Notes: generated by a model not told the origin, from the sequence alone. DNA of 64,000 bases from Thermoanaerobaculia bacterium (GCA_038245905.1 JBBRRY010000012.1:1-64000), one strand, 5' to 3'; shown: positions 18,341-28,210, counted from the first letter of the stretch. Numbers and translations are program-made.

Positions 18341-19312
18341 CTACAGCCAGCCGGAGCGCTTGAAGGCCTTCCAGAGGCCGACGCAGACGGCGAACATGAG
18401 CCCGAGCGCGAAGAGGTAGCCCCACACCACCTTCAGCTCGGGCATGTGCTGGAAGTTCATCCCGTAAATTCCGGCGATCATCGTGGGCACCGCGAGAATC
18501 GCCGCCCACGCCGAGATCTTCCGCATGTCCTCGTTCTGCCGGATGCTCAGCTGCGTCAGGTTGGACTGCAGGACGCTGGTGAGGAGGTCGCGGTCCCCCT
18601 CGAGCTGCTCGACCACCCGAATCAGGTGGTCGTTGACGTCGCGGAAATAGGGACGCACGTCCTCGTGGAGGAGAGTGAAGTCCCCGCGCGCGAGCCGATC
18701 GAGCGGGTCGAGCAGCGGGCGAACCCCGCGCAGGAACTCCATGAGCTCTCGCTTCAAGAAGTAGATCCTCTCCGCCGGGTTCTCCTCCTTCGGAGAGAAC
18801 ACGGCGTCCTCGACTTCGTCGATGTCTCGTTCGAGGCCGTGCAGGACCGGGAGGTAGTCGTCGACGACGTGGTCCGCGATCGCCCAGAGGACGGCGCCGG
18901 GGCCGCAGGCGAGCAGCTCGGGTTTTTTCTCGACGCGCTTGCGAGTCTCGATCAGCGGGCTCCCCTCGCCGTGGCGCACGACGACGACGAAGTTCGTCCC
19001 GACGAAGAGCAGGATCTCGCCGAGCGTCACAGCCTCCTCGCGGTCGCCGTAGCGCGCCGTCTTGATCACGACGAAAAGAGTGTCGTCGTATACCTCGAGC
19101 TTCGGCCGCTGGTGGGCCTTGAGGGCGTCCTCGACGGCGAGCTCGTGGAGCTCGAACGCAGACCGAACCTTCGCGAACTCCTCTTCTGTCGGCTCGTAGA
19201 GACCCAGCCACACGTAAGTTCCCGGGCCCTTCGAGGCCTCGAACGCCTCCTCGAACGTGAAGGTGCCCGAGCGTCGGATTCCCGCGTCGTAGATCCCGCA
19301 GTCGACGATCAT
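18341..19312 (-). CDS. corA: CorA Mg2+/Co2+ transporter
   Basis: LHELAVEDA..HQRPKLE, signature GIYGMNF..MPEL, and two C-terminal TM helices. Confidence 0.95.
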   Translation of the reverse strand: MIVDCGIYDAGIRRSGTFTFEEAFEASKGPGTYVWLGLYEPTEEEFAKVRSAFELHELAVEDALKAHQRPKLEVYDDTLFVVIKTARYGDREEAVTLGEILLFVGTNFVVVVRHGEGSPLIETRKRVEKKPELLACGPGAVLWAIADHVVDDYLPVLHGLERDIDEVEDAVFSPKEENPAERIYFLKRELMEFLRGVRPLLDPLDRLARGDFTLLHEDVRPYFRDVNDHLIRVVEQLEGDRDLLTSVLQSNLTQLSIRQNEDMRKISAWAAILAVPTMIAGIYGMNFQHMPELKVVWGYLFALGLMFAVCVGLWKAFKRSGWL

Positions 19313-19322
19313 TCGTCGATTC

Positions 19323-21068
19323 TCAGACCACGGGCGCCACGAAGTCGAACTTCGTGACGTCCACGAGGCCCTTGTCCGTGAGCTTAAGCTCCGGGATGAC
19401 GGGCAGCGCGAGAAACGCGAGCGTCATGAAGGGGTGATCCATCGTACCGCCGAGCGTCCGCGCCGCCTCGTTAGCGCGTCGCTCGGCGGCGTCGACGTCC
19501 TCCATCGGAGCGTTCGACATGAGGCCGCCGATGGGGAGCGCGACCTCGGCGAGCACCTGCGCGCCGTCCGCGATGACGATCCCGCCGCCGATCGCCGCGA
19601 CCCGCCGAACGGCCGTCTCCATCGAGGCGTCGTCGGCGCCCACGACGACGATGTTGTGCGAGTCGTGGGCGACCGACGACGCGATGGCGCCGCGCTCGAG
19701 GCCGAAGCCACGGGCGAAGGCGACGCCGACGTTTCCGGTGCCGTGATGCCGCTCGACGACCGCGAGCTTCAGGAGGTCGCGCGAGACGTCCTGAACGGCG
19801 ACGCCCCCCGCGAGCTTCGCGGGCTCGGTCGAAGCGCCCGTCGCGAGGGAACCCGCGTGGACGTCGATGACGCGCAGGTGGGCACCCCTCTCCGCCGCGA
19901 GGGCGAGGCGTGTGCGGTCGAAACCATCCACGCGGAAACTGGGCCCCTCCTCCATGCGGGCCGAGGGGACGTCCACGAGAAGGCGTCCGCCTTTCGCGAC
20001 GCGCCGCCCCCCGAGGACGACGAGGTCGGGCCGGAAGTCGTCCAGCCGCTCGAACGTCAGGAGGTCGGCGCGGAAGCCGGGGGCCAGGGCCCCGCGGTCC
20101 CGGAAGCCGTAGTGCCGGGCGCAGGACCACGAGGCAAGGCGGATCGCGATCACGGGGTCGAGGCCGAGCGCGATGGCCCGCCGGACGTGGTGATCAAGAT
20201 GACCGTGCGCGAGGAGGTCCCACGGGTGGCGGTCGTCCGTCGCGAACGCGAAGCGTTCGGAGTTCGCGGATGTTACGAGCGGCAAGAGGTCGTCGAGGTT
20301 CTTCGCGGCCGTTCCCTCGCGGATCCAGATCGACATTCCGCGCCGCACCTTCTCGTGCGCCTCGGCACGCGAGAGGCATTCATGGTCGGACCGGATCCCG
20401 GCACCGATGTACGCGTTCAGGTCGAGCCCGGAGAGGAGCGGTGAATGGCCGTCGATCGGCACGCCGCGGCGGCGCGCGTCTTCGACCTTCGAGGCGACCC
20501 CCGGATCTCCGAAAAGAAATCCCGGCACGTTCATCATCTCGGCCAGGCCGAGCACGTTCTCGAGGTCGTAGAGCGGAGCGAGGTCGGAAGCCGAGAGCAC
20601 GGCTCCTGCCGTTTCGAGATGCGTGGACGGCACGCAGGACGGCAGCATGACGAAGACGTCGACCGGAAGGCCCGCCGACGCGTCGAGGAACGCCCGGATC
20701 CCGGGGACGCCGCGGACGTTGGCGATCTCGTGCGGGTCCGTGATCGCGGCCGCGGTGCCGTGCGCGGCGGCGAGACGCGCGAACGTGGACGGGATCGTCA
20801 TCGTGGACTCGATATGGAGGTGCGCGTCCCAGAGCGCGGGAGCGACGTAGGCGCCCCCGAGGTCGATCTCGTCGTCCTTCCGCGCCGCATGGTAGTCGCC
20901 GAAGCCGAGAATCCGGTCGCCTTTCACCCCAACGGTCCCGTCGTGGATCTCGCCCGTAAGCACGTTTACGATCCGGGCATTCCGGAGGACGAGATCGGCA
21001 GGTGCCTTTCCGCGGGCGGCGGCGACGAAGGCGGCGAGCGGAACGGGCCCGGGCGGCGAAGGCGTCAT
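19323..21068 (-). CDS. ade: Adenine deaminase
   Basis: DAHLHIES, DPHEIANV, LAEMMN, DGHSP, SDHEC, TDDRHP, SSVAHDSHN, LPVIPELKLTDKGL. Confidence 0.95.
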   Translation of the reverse strand: MTPSPPGPVPLAAFVAAARGKAPADLVLRNARIVNVLTGEIHDGTVGVKGDRILGFGDYHAARKDDEIDLGGAYVAPALWDAHLHIESTMTIPSTFARLAAAHGTAAAITDPHEIANVRGVPGIRAFLDASAGLPVDVFVMLPSCVPSTHLETAGAVLSASDLAPLYDLENVLGLAEMMNVPGFLFGDPGVASKVEDARRRGVPIDGHSPLLSGLDLNAYIGAGIRSDHECLSRAEAHEKVRRGMSIWIREGTAAKNLDDLLPLVTSANSERFAFATDDRHPWDLLAHGHLDHHVRRAIALGLDPVIAIRLASWSCARHYGFRDRGALAPGFRADLLTFERLDDFRPDLVVLGGRRVAKGGRLLVDVPSARMEEGPSFRVDGFDRTRLALAAERGAHLRVIDVHAGSLATGASTEPAKLAGGVAVQDVSRDLLKLAVVERHHGTGNVGVAFARGFGLERGAIASSVAHDSHNIVVVGADDASMETAVRRVAAIGGGIVIADGAQVLAEVALPIGGLMSNAPMEDVDAAERRANEAARTLGGTMDHPFMTLAFLALPVIPELKLTDKGLVDVTKFDFVAPVV

Positions 21069-21115
21069 GACGAGCCAGACTACGACAGACCGCGCGGCCG
21101 GGATAGGATTCGCCC

Positions 21116-21610
21116 ATGGTCCTCCCGCTTCTCATCCGGGATCCCAGGTCCGGCGCCTACAGCCGCGCCTTCTTCGACGAGATCATCGATCGCGAGCTCG
21201 AGCGCGCGCGGCGCCACAAGGTGACCCTCTCCGTGATGTCCGTCGTCCTCACGAGCTGGGACTCCTTCGTGCGCGAGGAAGCGGCCGCCACGGTCGACGG
21301 CGTTGTGCGGACGGTCGCGAACACGCTCCAGGCGAACCTCCGGCTCACGGACTTTCTCTTTCGGTGGGAGGACGACGAATTCCTCGCGCTTCTCGTCGAG
21401 GCTGACCTCGAGGCCTGCAAGCTGAAGGTGGCGCGGCTCGGCGAGACGTTTCAGCCGTGGCGGGAGGGCAAGGGGCCCGTCGCCCGCCCGTTCAAGGTGC
21501 GCGCCGGCGCCGCGACTCTCACGGGCAACAACGTCTTCGCTGGTGTTCTCCAGCTCGCGCGCGCGGCGGCGCGCGACGCATCCGGCGAGGTTCCCGCGAT
21601 CAGGGTCTGA
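21116..21610 (+). CDS. Stand-alone degenerate GGDEF-domain protein
   Basis: D..SGAYSR..F N-terminus; RLTD-FLFRW-EDDEF in place of RxxD-x5-GGDEF. Confidence 0.8.
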   Translation: MVLPLLIRDPRSGAYSRAFFDEIIDRELERARRHKVTLSVMSVVLTSWDSFVREEAAATVDGVVRTVANTLQANLRLTDFLFRWEDDEFLALLVEADLEACKLKVARLGETFQPWREGKGPVARPFKVRAGAATLTGNNVFAGVLQLARAAARDASGEVPAIRV

Positions 21611-21616
21611 ACGCGA

Positions 21617-22207
21617 TCAGGGCTTGACGGAGCGGGCGAGATCCACGCCGAGCTCCGACGCGAGCCGGTAGAGGAGGCGCACGGGAAGCCCCACGACGTT
21701 CGACGGGCTGCCCTCCACGCGCTCCACGAAGAAGCCGCCGATCCCCTGCAGGCCGTAGGCCCCTGCCTTGTCGTCAGGCTCGCCGCTCTCGGTGTACTCG
21801 GCGATCTCGGCCGGGCTCATGGGCGCGAAGAGGACGCGCGTCGTCTCGCGGTCCGAGACGACGCGGCCTCCACGGGCGCAGGCGACGCCCGTCACGACCT
21901 CGTGGGCGCGCCCCGCGAGAGCCGAGAGCATCCGCCGCGCATCCGCCCGGTCCCGGGGCTTGCCGAGCGCTTCGCCCTCGAGGACCACGAGCGTGTCGGC
22001 GGCGACCACGAGCGCGTCGGAATCCCCGCCGGTGGCTGCGGCCGCGGCCTTCGCCCGCGCGAGGCGCTCGGCCGCGTCGAACGCGCTCTCCCCCGGGAGA
22101 AGCGATTCGTCCACGGTCGAGGAGCGAACCTCGAAGCCGAGCCCCAGAGAAATAAGAATCTCTTTTCGACGAGGGGAGCCGGATGCCAGGACGATGTGAG
22201 GCGGCAC
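21617..22207 (-). CDS. maf: Maf family nucleoside triphosphate pyrophosphatase
   Basis: LASGSPRR, ADTLV, GKPRD, GEPDDKAGAYGLQG, NVVGLP. Confidence 0.95.
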   Translation of the reverse strand: MPPHIVLASGSPRRKEILISLGLGFEVRSSTVDESLLPGESAFDAAERLARAKAAAAATGGDSDALVVAADTLVVLEGEALGKPRDRADARRMLSALAGRAHEVVTGVACARGGRVVSDRETTRVLFAPMSPAEIAEYTESGEPDDKAGAYGLQGIGGFFVERVEGSPSNVVGLPVRLLYRLASELGVDLARSVKP

Positions 22208-22229
22208 GGATCGGGAGGATAGACCCCCT

Positions 22230-25200
22230 CTAGGGGTAGTAGCCGCTGATCGTCCGGGCGGAAAGGTTCGAGGGCGTCATCTTCACCTCGACCTTCCGCC
22301 ATTGGCTCGTCACGGACTTGTTCTGCGGGACGTACGAGAGAAGGTACTGGCTGCGAAGCTCCTCGTTGATCTCGGAGTAGATCTTCGCGAGGCCGCGGGC
22401 GGAGTCGACGTAGTAGACCGTGCCTCCCGTCTCCCGCGAGATCTTTCCAAGCTTGTGGCGGACATCGAGCTGCGTCGCGCCGATGCGGAGGCCGATGAAG
22501 TAGACGGCGACGCCGGTCTTCTTCGCGTAGTCGAGGGCGGCTTCGAACGTGAAGTGCGAGCTTCGGTCCTCACCGTCCGTGAGGATGACGTATGCCTTGC
22601 GGCCCCGCGTGCCCTGGTACTGGTAGAGACCGTAGACGAGCGCGTCCCACAGCGCCGTGGAGCCCTGGGCGCGAATGCCCGCGAGCGCCTGCGCGAGCCG
22701 GTCCCGGTCCGTCGTGAAGCGCGACACGAGCTGGGGCTCGTTGTCGAAGGTCACGAGGAAACAGCGGTCGCGCTTCGTCATGACGTCCCTCAGAAACTCC
22801 ACGGCCGCCTTCTGAGCCTCGACGATCGACTCCTCCATCGAGCCGGACGTGTCCACTCCGATCCCGAGCGACAGCGGCAGATTGGTCACCACCTCGAACC
22901 CGTCGAGGAGCTGCGGCACGGTGTCCTCGAGGATCGTGAAGTTCTCCTTCGTGAGACCCGTGACGGGCCGGCCCTTCGCGAAGACGCTCGTGTAGAGCTC
23001 GACGGCCTTGACGTTTTCCTCGGAGAGGTACTTCGGCGCGTTGTAGTACCGGAGATCTTCCGTCGTCGTGCCGTCGTCGAGCGTCGCCACGACGCGCAGG
23101 AACCCGAGGTCGAGGCTCTTCGGCACGTCCACGATTTGCTGGAATGGCTCCTGGTAGAGGACGGCCGTGCGCTTGTCGTTGACGAAGAACTCCACCTGCT
23201 GGAGGCGCTTCGTCTCGGGCACGGCGACGTCGGCCACGATGCGCGTGGCGCCCTCGAGCTTCACGCCCTTCGCCGGCTGCATGATCCGCAGGCGGAAAGC
23301 CTCACGGCCTTCGTTGAGCGTGACCTCGTCCTGGGCGATGGGCTTGCCGTCCTTCGCGTAGCCGATCACCTTCACGACATGCTTGCGCGGCAGCTCGCCG
23401 AGGTCGAGGTCCGCCGCGAACGGCGGCCGGCGCTTCGTCACGATCCGCGTGCTGTTCAGGTAGAACTCGGTGAAGGCGATGTCGTTCGACGAGGCGCGCG
23501 TTTCGAAGCGGATGAGGCCCGTGGCAATCTCGCGCGCGAGGGGAATCAGCGAGAGAGAGCCCTTCGCGCCGCTATTCTCGACGAGCTCCGTGACGGCCTT
23601 CCGGGCCGCTTCGCGCGCTGTTTTCTCCTCGGCGGAGATCGTGGCGTCCGGCACGTCGGGGACCCGGAGCTTTTCACTGATGAGGGCGGCGGCGTTGCGG
23701 TTCGCGTCGGACACCTTCACCTTGAGGCGGTACTCCCCCGGGTAGAGGTCGCGCTCGACCGTTAGGGGGACGAACGGGCCGCTCACCGTACTGGCCGGAA
23801 AATCGAAACGGTAGCGGAAGTTGTCGATCAGGCGGCCGTCGCGCACAACCTCTCCGACGACGTCCACGTCGAAGAACGTCTCCTCTCCAATCTGCTTTTT
23901 CGTCAGCGAGTCGCGCTCGAGGAGTACGGCGAGCTCCATCCGCATCCGGCTCCCGATCGCCTCCGGAAAGCGAAACACGCGCTGGAGCGGCAGCGTCACG
24001 GCACCCGCCTGCATGTCCGTCGTCATCTGGAGAATGCGGTCCGCGCCCTCCACGTCCGGTTTCGGGCCCTGGCGGAGGTCGTCGGCCATCTTCAGGGCGC
24101 CCGCCTGTCCGAACATGGCTGCGGCGGCGCTCATCGCGGCCTGCACGTCCCGCGATTCCGTGCACCGCGTGAAGTCCACGCGGCGGGCGGCGCCGGCTCC
24201 GAGCGCGCCCGGCACTCCCCCCGCGACGACCGCCTGGTACCCGTCGAGCGGCGTCCAGATCCTGAAGTCGCCCACTCCGAACGGCTGGTAAAAGAGAAGG
24301 ACGACCTTCGAGAGGCGAAGCGATTCGAGCCTTTCGTAGTACCAGATCTGAATCGGCCAATAGACGTCCTGGCAGTCGATCTTGCGGATACCGTCCGGCG
24401 CGCCGTTCACGAGATAGATGCGGCCCTGGTCCGTGTTCGTGTTCCGGAAACGCTCCTTGGCCTGCTGGAGGCGCATTTCGTAGAGGTCCCGGAACGCGAT
24501 ACGCATGCCGTCCGGCGCGAGCGAGCGGCGTTTCCAGAAGTCGTCCAGGAAGTGCTCACGCTGGTAATCCTCGCCGAGCTTGAGCAGCGTGTCGCGTTCG
24601 ACTTCCGTGATGATCGGTTCCACGTCCGAGAGGAACTGCCGGTATTTCTCCGGCATCTCCGCCATGAGCTTCTTGCGCTCTTTCCCGGTGAGCGGCTTGT
24701 TCGAGACGAGGAGCGTCGGGGGTGCTTCCACCTTCGCCCCCGCCGGCGGAAGCACGTGCGTGACCGCAAGCGCGCCGCGCTCGGCCAGGCCGCCGTTGTT
24801 GTCACCCTGGCGGCGCGTGACGTCCTTCACGGCCGAGACGACGAGAAGCGCGTCCGCGCAGGCGCCGGGCGCCGCCTCGACCGCCTGGAGCCCCCCTTTC
24901 GCCGCCGGCGCGAGGAGAACGCCTTCGCCCTCAAGTACCGTCCAGTAGCGGTAGGCGCCGGTCGGGGACTCCGGGTAGAACACGACGCGGGCATTCTTTC
25001 CGAGCGTCGGGTGCTCGAGATATGTCCAGATCTCGAGCGTCCGGAACGTGTCAGGGCAGCGCACCGTCACGCGGGCGTCCGGCGGGCCGGAGGCGATGAA
25101 CACGGTCGACCGGTCGTCGTCCAGGCGGCCGAAAAGCCTGATCGCTTCCGGGCTTCGGGCTGTCTGCGGCGCGGGGGCCTGCGGATTCACGGCCACGAGC

Positions 25201-25325
25201 GGAGGCGCCGTGCGAGACACAGACGACGGGACGGGCGGGGGCGAGGCGGGAGGGTCGTCAGCCCCCAGACGGCCAGCGGCCAGGATGGCGACCACTCCCA
25301 GGAACGACCGGCCCGACCTCATCAT
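22230..25325 (-). CDS. Exported GWxTD-domain / Ig-like / VWA fusion protein (Acidobacteria-type)
   Basis: Signal peptide, then FWKRR..TDQGRIYLVNGAPD (GWxTD-like), Ig-like segments, and a C-terminal VWA with MIDAS DTSGSM, TALWDA, LTDGED, ELRSQYLLSY. Confidence 0.85.
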   Translation of the reverse strand: MMRSGRSFLGVVAILAAGRLGADDPPASPPPVPSSVSRTAPPLVAVNPQAPAPQTARSPEAIRLFGRLDDDRSTVFIASGPPDARVTVRCPDTFRTLEIWTYLEHPTLGKNARVVFYPESPTGAYRYWTVLEGEGVLLAPAAKGGLQAVEAAPGACADALLVVSAVKDVTRRQGDNNGGLAERGALAVTHVLPPAGAKVEAPPTLLVSNKPLTGKERKKLMAEMPEKYRQFLSDVEPIITEVERDTLLKLGEDYQREHFLDDFWKRRSLAPDGMRIAFRDLYEMRLQQAKERFRNTNTDQGRIYLVNGAPDGIRKIDCQDVYWPIQIWYYERLESLRLSKVVLLFYQPFGVGDFRIWTPLDGYQAVVAGGVPGALGAGAARRVDFTRCTESRDVQAAMSAAAAMFGQAGALKMADDLRQGPKPDVEGADRILQMTTDMQAGAVTLPLQRVFRFPEAIGSRMRMELAVLLERDSLTKKQIGEETFFDVDVVGEVVRDGRLIDNFRYRFDFPASTVSGPFVPLTVERDLYPGEYRLKVKVSDANRNAAALISEKLRVPDVPDATISAEEKTAREAARKAVTELVENSGAKGSLSLIPLAREIATGLIRFETRASSNDIAFTEFYLNSTRIVTKRRPPFAADLDLGELPRKHVVKVIGYAKDGKPIAQDEVTLNEGREAFRLRIMQPAKGVKLEGATRIVADVAVPETKRLQQVEFFVNDKRTAVLYQEPFQQIVDVPKSLDLGFLRVVATLDDGTTTEDLRYYNAPKYLSEENVKAVELYTSVFAKGRPVTGLTKENFTILEDTVPQLLDGFEVVTNLPLSLGIGVDTSGSMEESIVEAQKAAVEFLRDVMTKRDRCFLVTFDNEPQLVSRFTTDRDRLAQALAGIRAQGSTALWDALVYGLYQYQGTRGRKAYVILTDGEDRSSHFTFEAALDYAKKTGVAVYFIGLRIGATQLDVRHKLGKISRETGGTVYYVDSARGLAKIYSEINEELRSQYLLSYVPQNKSVTSQWRKVEVKMTPSNLSARTISGYYP

Positions 25326-25488
25326 GACCTCCGGTGGAGCGCCGATTCTCCGTCGGCGAGCCTCTCCCGGGCAAACCCTCGCAAGACAGATTCCACGTCT
25401 CACCGTCCCTTATTACGTACGTTCTTGCAGGCTTTCGGTTTCCGGGCCTCTCCGAACCCTACAATTGCCTGTCCGGAGGTCCGATTTC

Positions 25489-26673
25489 TTGAACGCTGAT
25501 GCCCGGGTCGTCTACGCCGACCACCACGCCACGACGCCCCTCGTCCCCGAAGTATTCGAGGCGATGCGCCCGTGGCTGGAGGGCATTTCGGCGAACCCTT
25601 CGTCTACCCATGGACCCGGCCGGGCCGCGCGTGAAGCGGTCGAGACGGCCCGCGCCGAAGTCGCGGTGGCGCTGGGCGCGGAGCCTGCCGAGATCGTGTT
25701 CACCTCGGGCGGCACCGAGGCAGACAACCTCGCCGTGCGCGGGGGCGCCCGCGCGGCCCGCGAGGCCGATCCCACCCGCACTCGTGTTCTTTTCACGGCC
25801 GCCGAGCACGCGGCCGTCCGGGAAGCCGCGCTCTCGCTTCGCACGGACGGCTTCGAACCGGTGGAGCTTCCGGTGGACGCCCGCGGCGTGCCAACGGCAG
25901 CGGCTCTGACCGCGGTCGAAGGGCCGGACACCCCGCCCCCGGCGCTCGTGTCGGTCATCTTCGCGAACAACGAGACGGGTGCCATCTTCGACGCCCTCCC
26001 TGAGTTCGTGACGCGGGCCCGCGCTCGTGGAGCCGTCGTCCACACGGACGCCGTTCAGGCGGTCGGGAAGATCCCCGTGAACGCGCGGGCGCTCGGCGTG
26101 GACCTCCTCGCGCTCACCGGTCACAAGTTCGGCGGTCCGAAGGGTGCCGGCGCGCTCTTCGTCCGCAAGGGGGTCCGGCTTCATCCCCTCGCCGCCGGCG
26201 GCGGACAGGAGCGCGGCCGGCGCGGCGGCACCGAGAACGTCGCGGGGATCGTGGGCCTCGGCGCGGCGATCCGGCTCGCCGTGGGGCGACTCTCCTCCGA
26301 AGCGTCACGCCTCGCCGGCCTGCGCGACCGGCTCGAGGCCGGCCTTCTCGCCCGCGTGCCGGGCGCCCGGATACACGCTGCGAGCGGCTCCCGCCTCCCG
26401 ACCGCCACGTCCGTGGTCTTTCCCGGCACGGAGGCCGAAACGCTCGTCGCGGCCCTCGATCTCGAGGGCATCGCGGTTTCGGCGGGCTCGGCCTGCCATG
26501 CCGGCACGACCTCTCCGAGCCGCGTCCTCCTCGCGCTCGGCCTCTCGCCCGCGGAAGCCCGGGCGACGCTTCGAATCTCGTTTGGGCGCGGCTCGAGCGA
26601 AGAGGACGTCGACCGGCTTCTCGAGGCGCTTCCGCGCGTCGTCGCGCGCGCCCGGGAAACCGTACGGGCTTGA
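25489..26673 (+). CDS. iscS: Cysteine desulfurase, IscS/NifS group I
   Basis: YADHHATTP, NPSS.H, FTSGGTEADN, HTDAVQ, PLP Lys TGHKFGGPKG, catalytic SAGSACH. GGAGG precedes TTG 25489. Confidence 0.9.
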   Translation: MNADARVVYADHHATTPLVPEVFEAMRPWLEGISANPSSTHGPGRAAREAVETARAEVAVALGAEPAEIVFTSGGTEADNLAVRGGARAAREADPTRTRVLFTAAEHAAVREAALSLRTDGFEPVELPVDARGVPTAAALTAVEGPDTPPPALVSVIFANNETGAIFDALPEFVTRARARGAVVHTDAVQAVGKIPVNARALGVDLLALTGHKFGGPKGAGALFVRKGVRLHPLAAGGGQERGRRGGTENVAGIVGLGAAIRLAVGRLSSEASRLAGLRDRLEAGLLARVPGARIHAASGSRLPTATSVVFPGTEAETLVAALDLEGIAVSAGSACHAGTTSPSRVLLALGLSPAEARATLRISFGRGSSEEDVDRLLEALPRVVARARETVRA

Positions 26674-26734
26674 TCGGCGATGCGGGACACGCTCTAATGA
26701 CGCCGACCGTTTTTTTGACCGGGAGTTTTTTCTT

Positions 26735-27457
26735 GTGATCATTCAGTGCATGTCGTGTCAGGCTCGCTACCACTACGACGAGTCGCGTTTCGGCGGCGCG
26801 TCCGTGAAGAAAATCAAGTGCACGAAGTGCGCGACGGTCTTCGAGATCCGCAATCCGTCGGTGGCCCCCGCCCCCTCGGTTTCCACCGTGCGCTCCTCGG
26901 CCGGGCCGTCCCCGGACGAATTTTCACTCGACGAAACGGCGCTCACCGAGGCCCGCAAGCGCAAGAACCCACCGGCCGGCGCTCCGGGATCGCCCGCGCG
27001 CGCGGCGGTGGCGGTGACGTCGCTCGCGCCCGACGGGACAGGGCCGATCGGGATGCCCGAAGTTGCCGGCACGACGGACAAGGTGCCGATCACGGGCGCC
27101 CTCAGAAATCCCGCGCGGCCGCTCCGGCTGCCGACCGACCAACGCCTGTCGCTCGCGTGCATCTCGGGTCCGGACTCGGGCCGGATCTTCGAGATCGACA
27201 AACCGCGGATCGTCATCGGGCGCGCGAACGCCGACATCGTCGTCGCGGACATCCAGTGCTCGCGCCAGCACGCGGCGATCGAGGTCATGGACGAGCACAT
27301 CTTCGTCGCGGACCTGAACTCCACGAACGGCACTTACGTGAATGACCAGCGCGTGAATCGGGCCGAGCTCGACAACCGCACGGAATTCGAGATCGGTACG
27401 ACGACGCTCATGCTCATCCGCAGCTACGCGCGCGAAGGCTCGTCGGGCAACGTTTAG
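26735..27457 (+). CDS. Zinc-ribbon (MJ0042-type) + FHA domain protein
   Basis: CMSC..CTKC at the N-terminus and FHA motifs IGR..CSRQHA..DLNSTNGTYVN. GTG start inside the longer listed ORF. Confidence 0.88.
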   Translation: MIIQCMSCQARYHYDESRFGGASVKKIKCTKCATVFEIRNPSVAPAPSVSTVRSSAGPSPDEFSLDETALTEARKRKNPPAGAPGSPARAAVAVTSLAPDGTGPIGMPEVAGTTDKVPITGALRNPARPLRLPTDQRLSLACISGPDSGRIFEIDKPRIVIGRANADIVVADIQCSRQHAAIEVMDEHIFVADLNSTNGTYVNDQRVNRAELDNRTEFEIGTTTLMLIRSYAREGSSGNV

Positions 27458-27484
27458 GGGAGAACCACCCTCGTTCTTCCACTC

Positions 27485-27517
27485 TTGCGCGTGGGCGCCG
27501 GAATATCAGATAATCGG
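27485..27517 (+). promoter_or_regulatory. Sigma70-type promoter with overlapping palindromic operator for the TA operon
   Basis: TTGCGC (27485-27490), 18-nt spacer, GATAAT (27509-27514). Imperfect palindrome CGGAATATC-A-GATAATCGG at 27499-27517. Confidence 0.55.
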
Positions 27518-27520
27518 ACA

Positions 27521-27811
27521 ATGGGCGAGCCTGCACGAGTCGGAAAGCGCGGAACGATCGTGATCCCGGCGAAACTGCGCAAGCGCTTCCACATGGAAGA
27601 GGGTTCGCTCGTCCTTTTCGACGAGGGGCGAGACGGCGTCGTGATCCGACCTGCCGAAGCGATCCCGGTCGAGATTTACACGAAGGAACGTAAGGCGGGG
27701 TTCCTTCTCGAGAATTCCGTTGGACCCGCCGACTACGCGCGTGCTCGCCGGGAAGTCCAAAAGATGGGTCTCGACCCGGACAAGATCCCTCACACGCCTC
27801 CGTCGTGTTGA
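27521..27811 (+). CDS. AbrB/MazE-family antitoxin
   Basis: RVGKRGTIVIPAKLRKRF swapped-hairpin motif, directly upstream of a PIN gene. Confidence 0.88.
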   Translation: MGEPARVGKRGTIVIPAKLRKRFHMEEGSLVLFDEGRDGVVIRPAEAIPVEIYTKERKAGFLLENSVGPADYARARREVQKMGLDPDKIPHTPPSC

Positions 27812-27814
27812 CGC

Positions 27815-28210
27815 GTGGATCGTCTTTTCCTCGACGCGAACGTGCTCTTCTCGGCGTCCTGGAAGGAGACCTCCGGGGTCGCTAAGCTCTGGAGGATCGA
27901 ACACGCGACGCTCGTGACCTCGGCTTCTGCTTTTGCAGAAACCGTTCGCAACATCGAGGATGAAGGACACCGCGCCCGTCTGGACCGGCTCATGCGGCAC
28001 GTCGCGGTTCTACCGGGCGAGCGACCCGGGCAGGCCCTGCCCGCCGGGCTTTCGATTCGAGCGAAGGACATCCCAATCCTCCTGGCCGCCATCGCCTCAG
28101 GGGCGACACACTTGATCACCGGCGATCTACGGGATTTCAAGCCACTCTTCGGAAGGAAAATCGGAGGAGTCCTCGTCCTTCGGCCCCGCGACTATCTCGA
28201 GCGCCGCTAG
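27815..28210 (+). CDS. vapC: PIN-domain toxin (VapC-like)
   Basis: FLDANVLFSA, KD.PIL.AA, LITGD.RDF. Stop overlaps the thrC stop. Confidence 0.88.
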   Translation: MDRLFLDANVLFSASWKETSGVAKLWRIEHATLVTSASAFAETVRNIEDEGHRARLDRLMRHVAVLPGERPGQALPAGLSIRAKDIPILLAAIASGATHLITGDLRDFKPLFGRKIGGVLVLRPRDYLERR

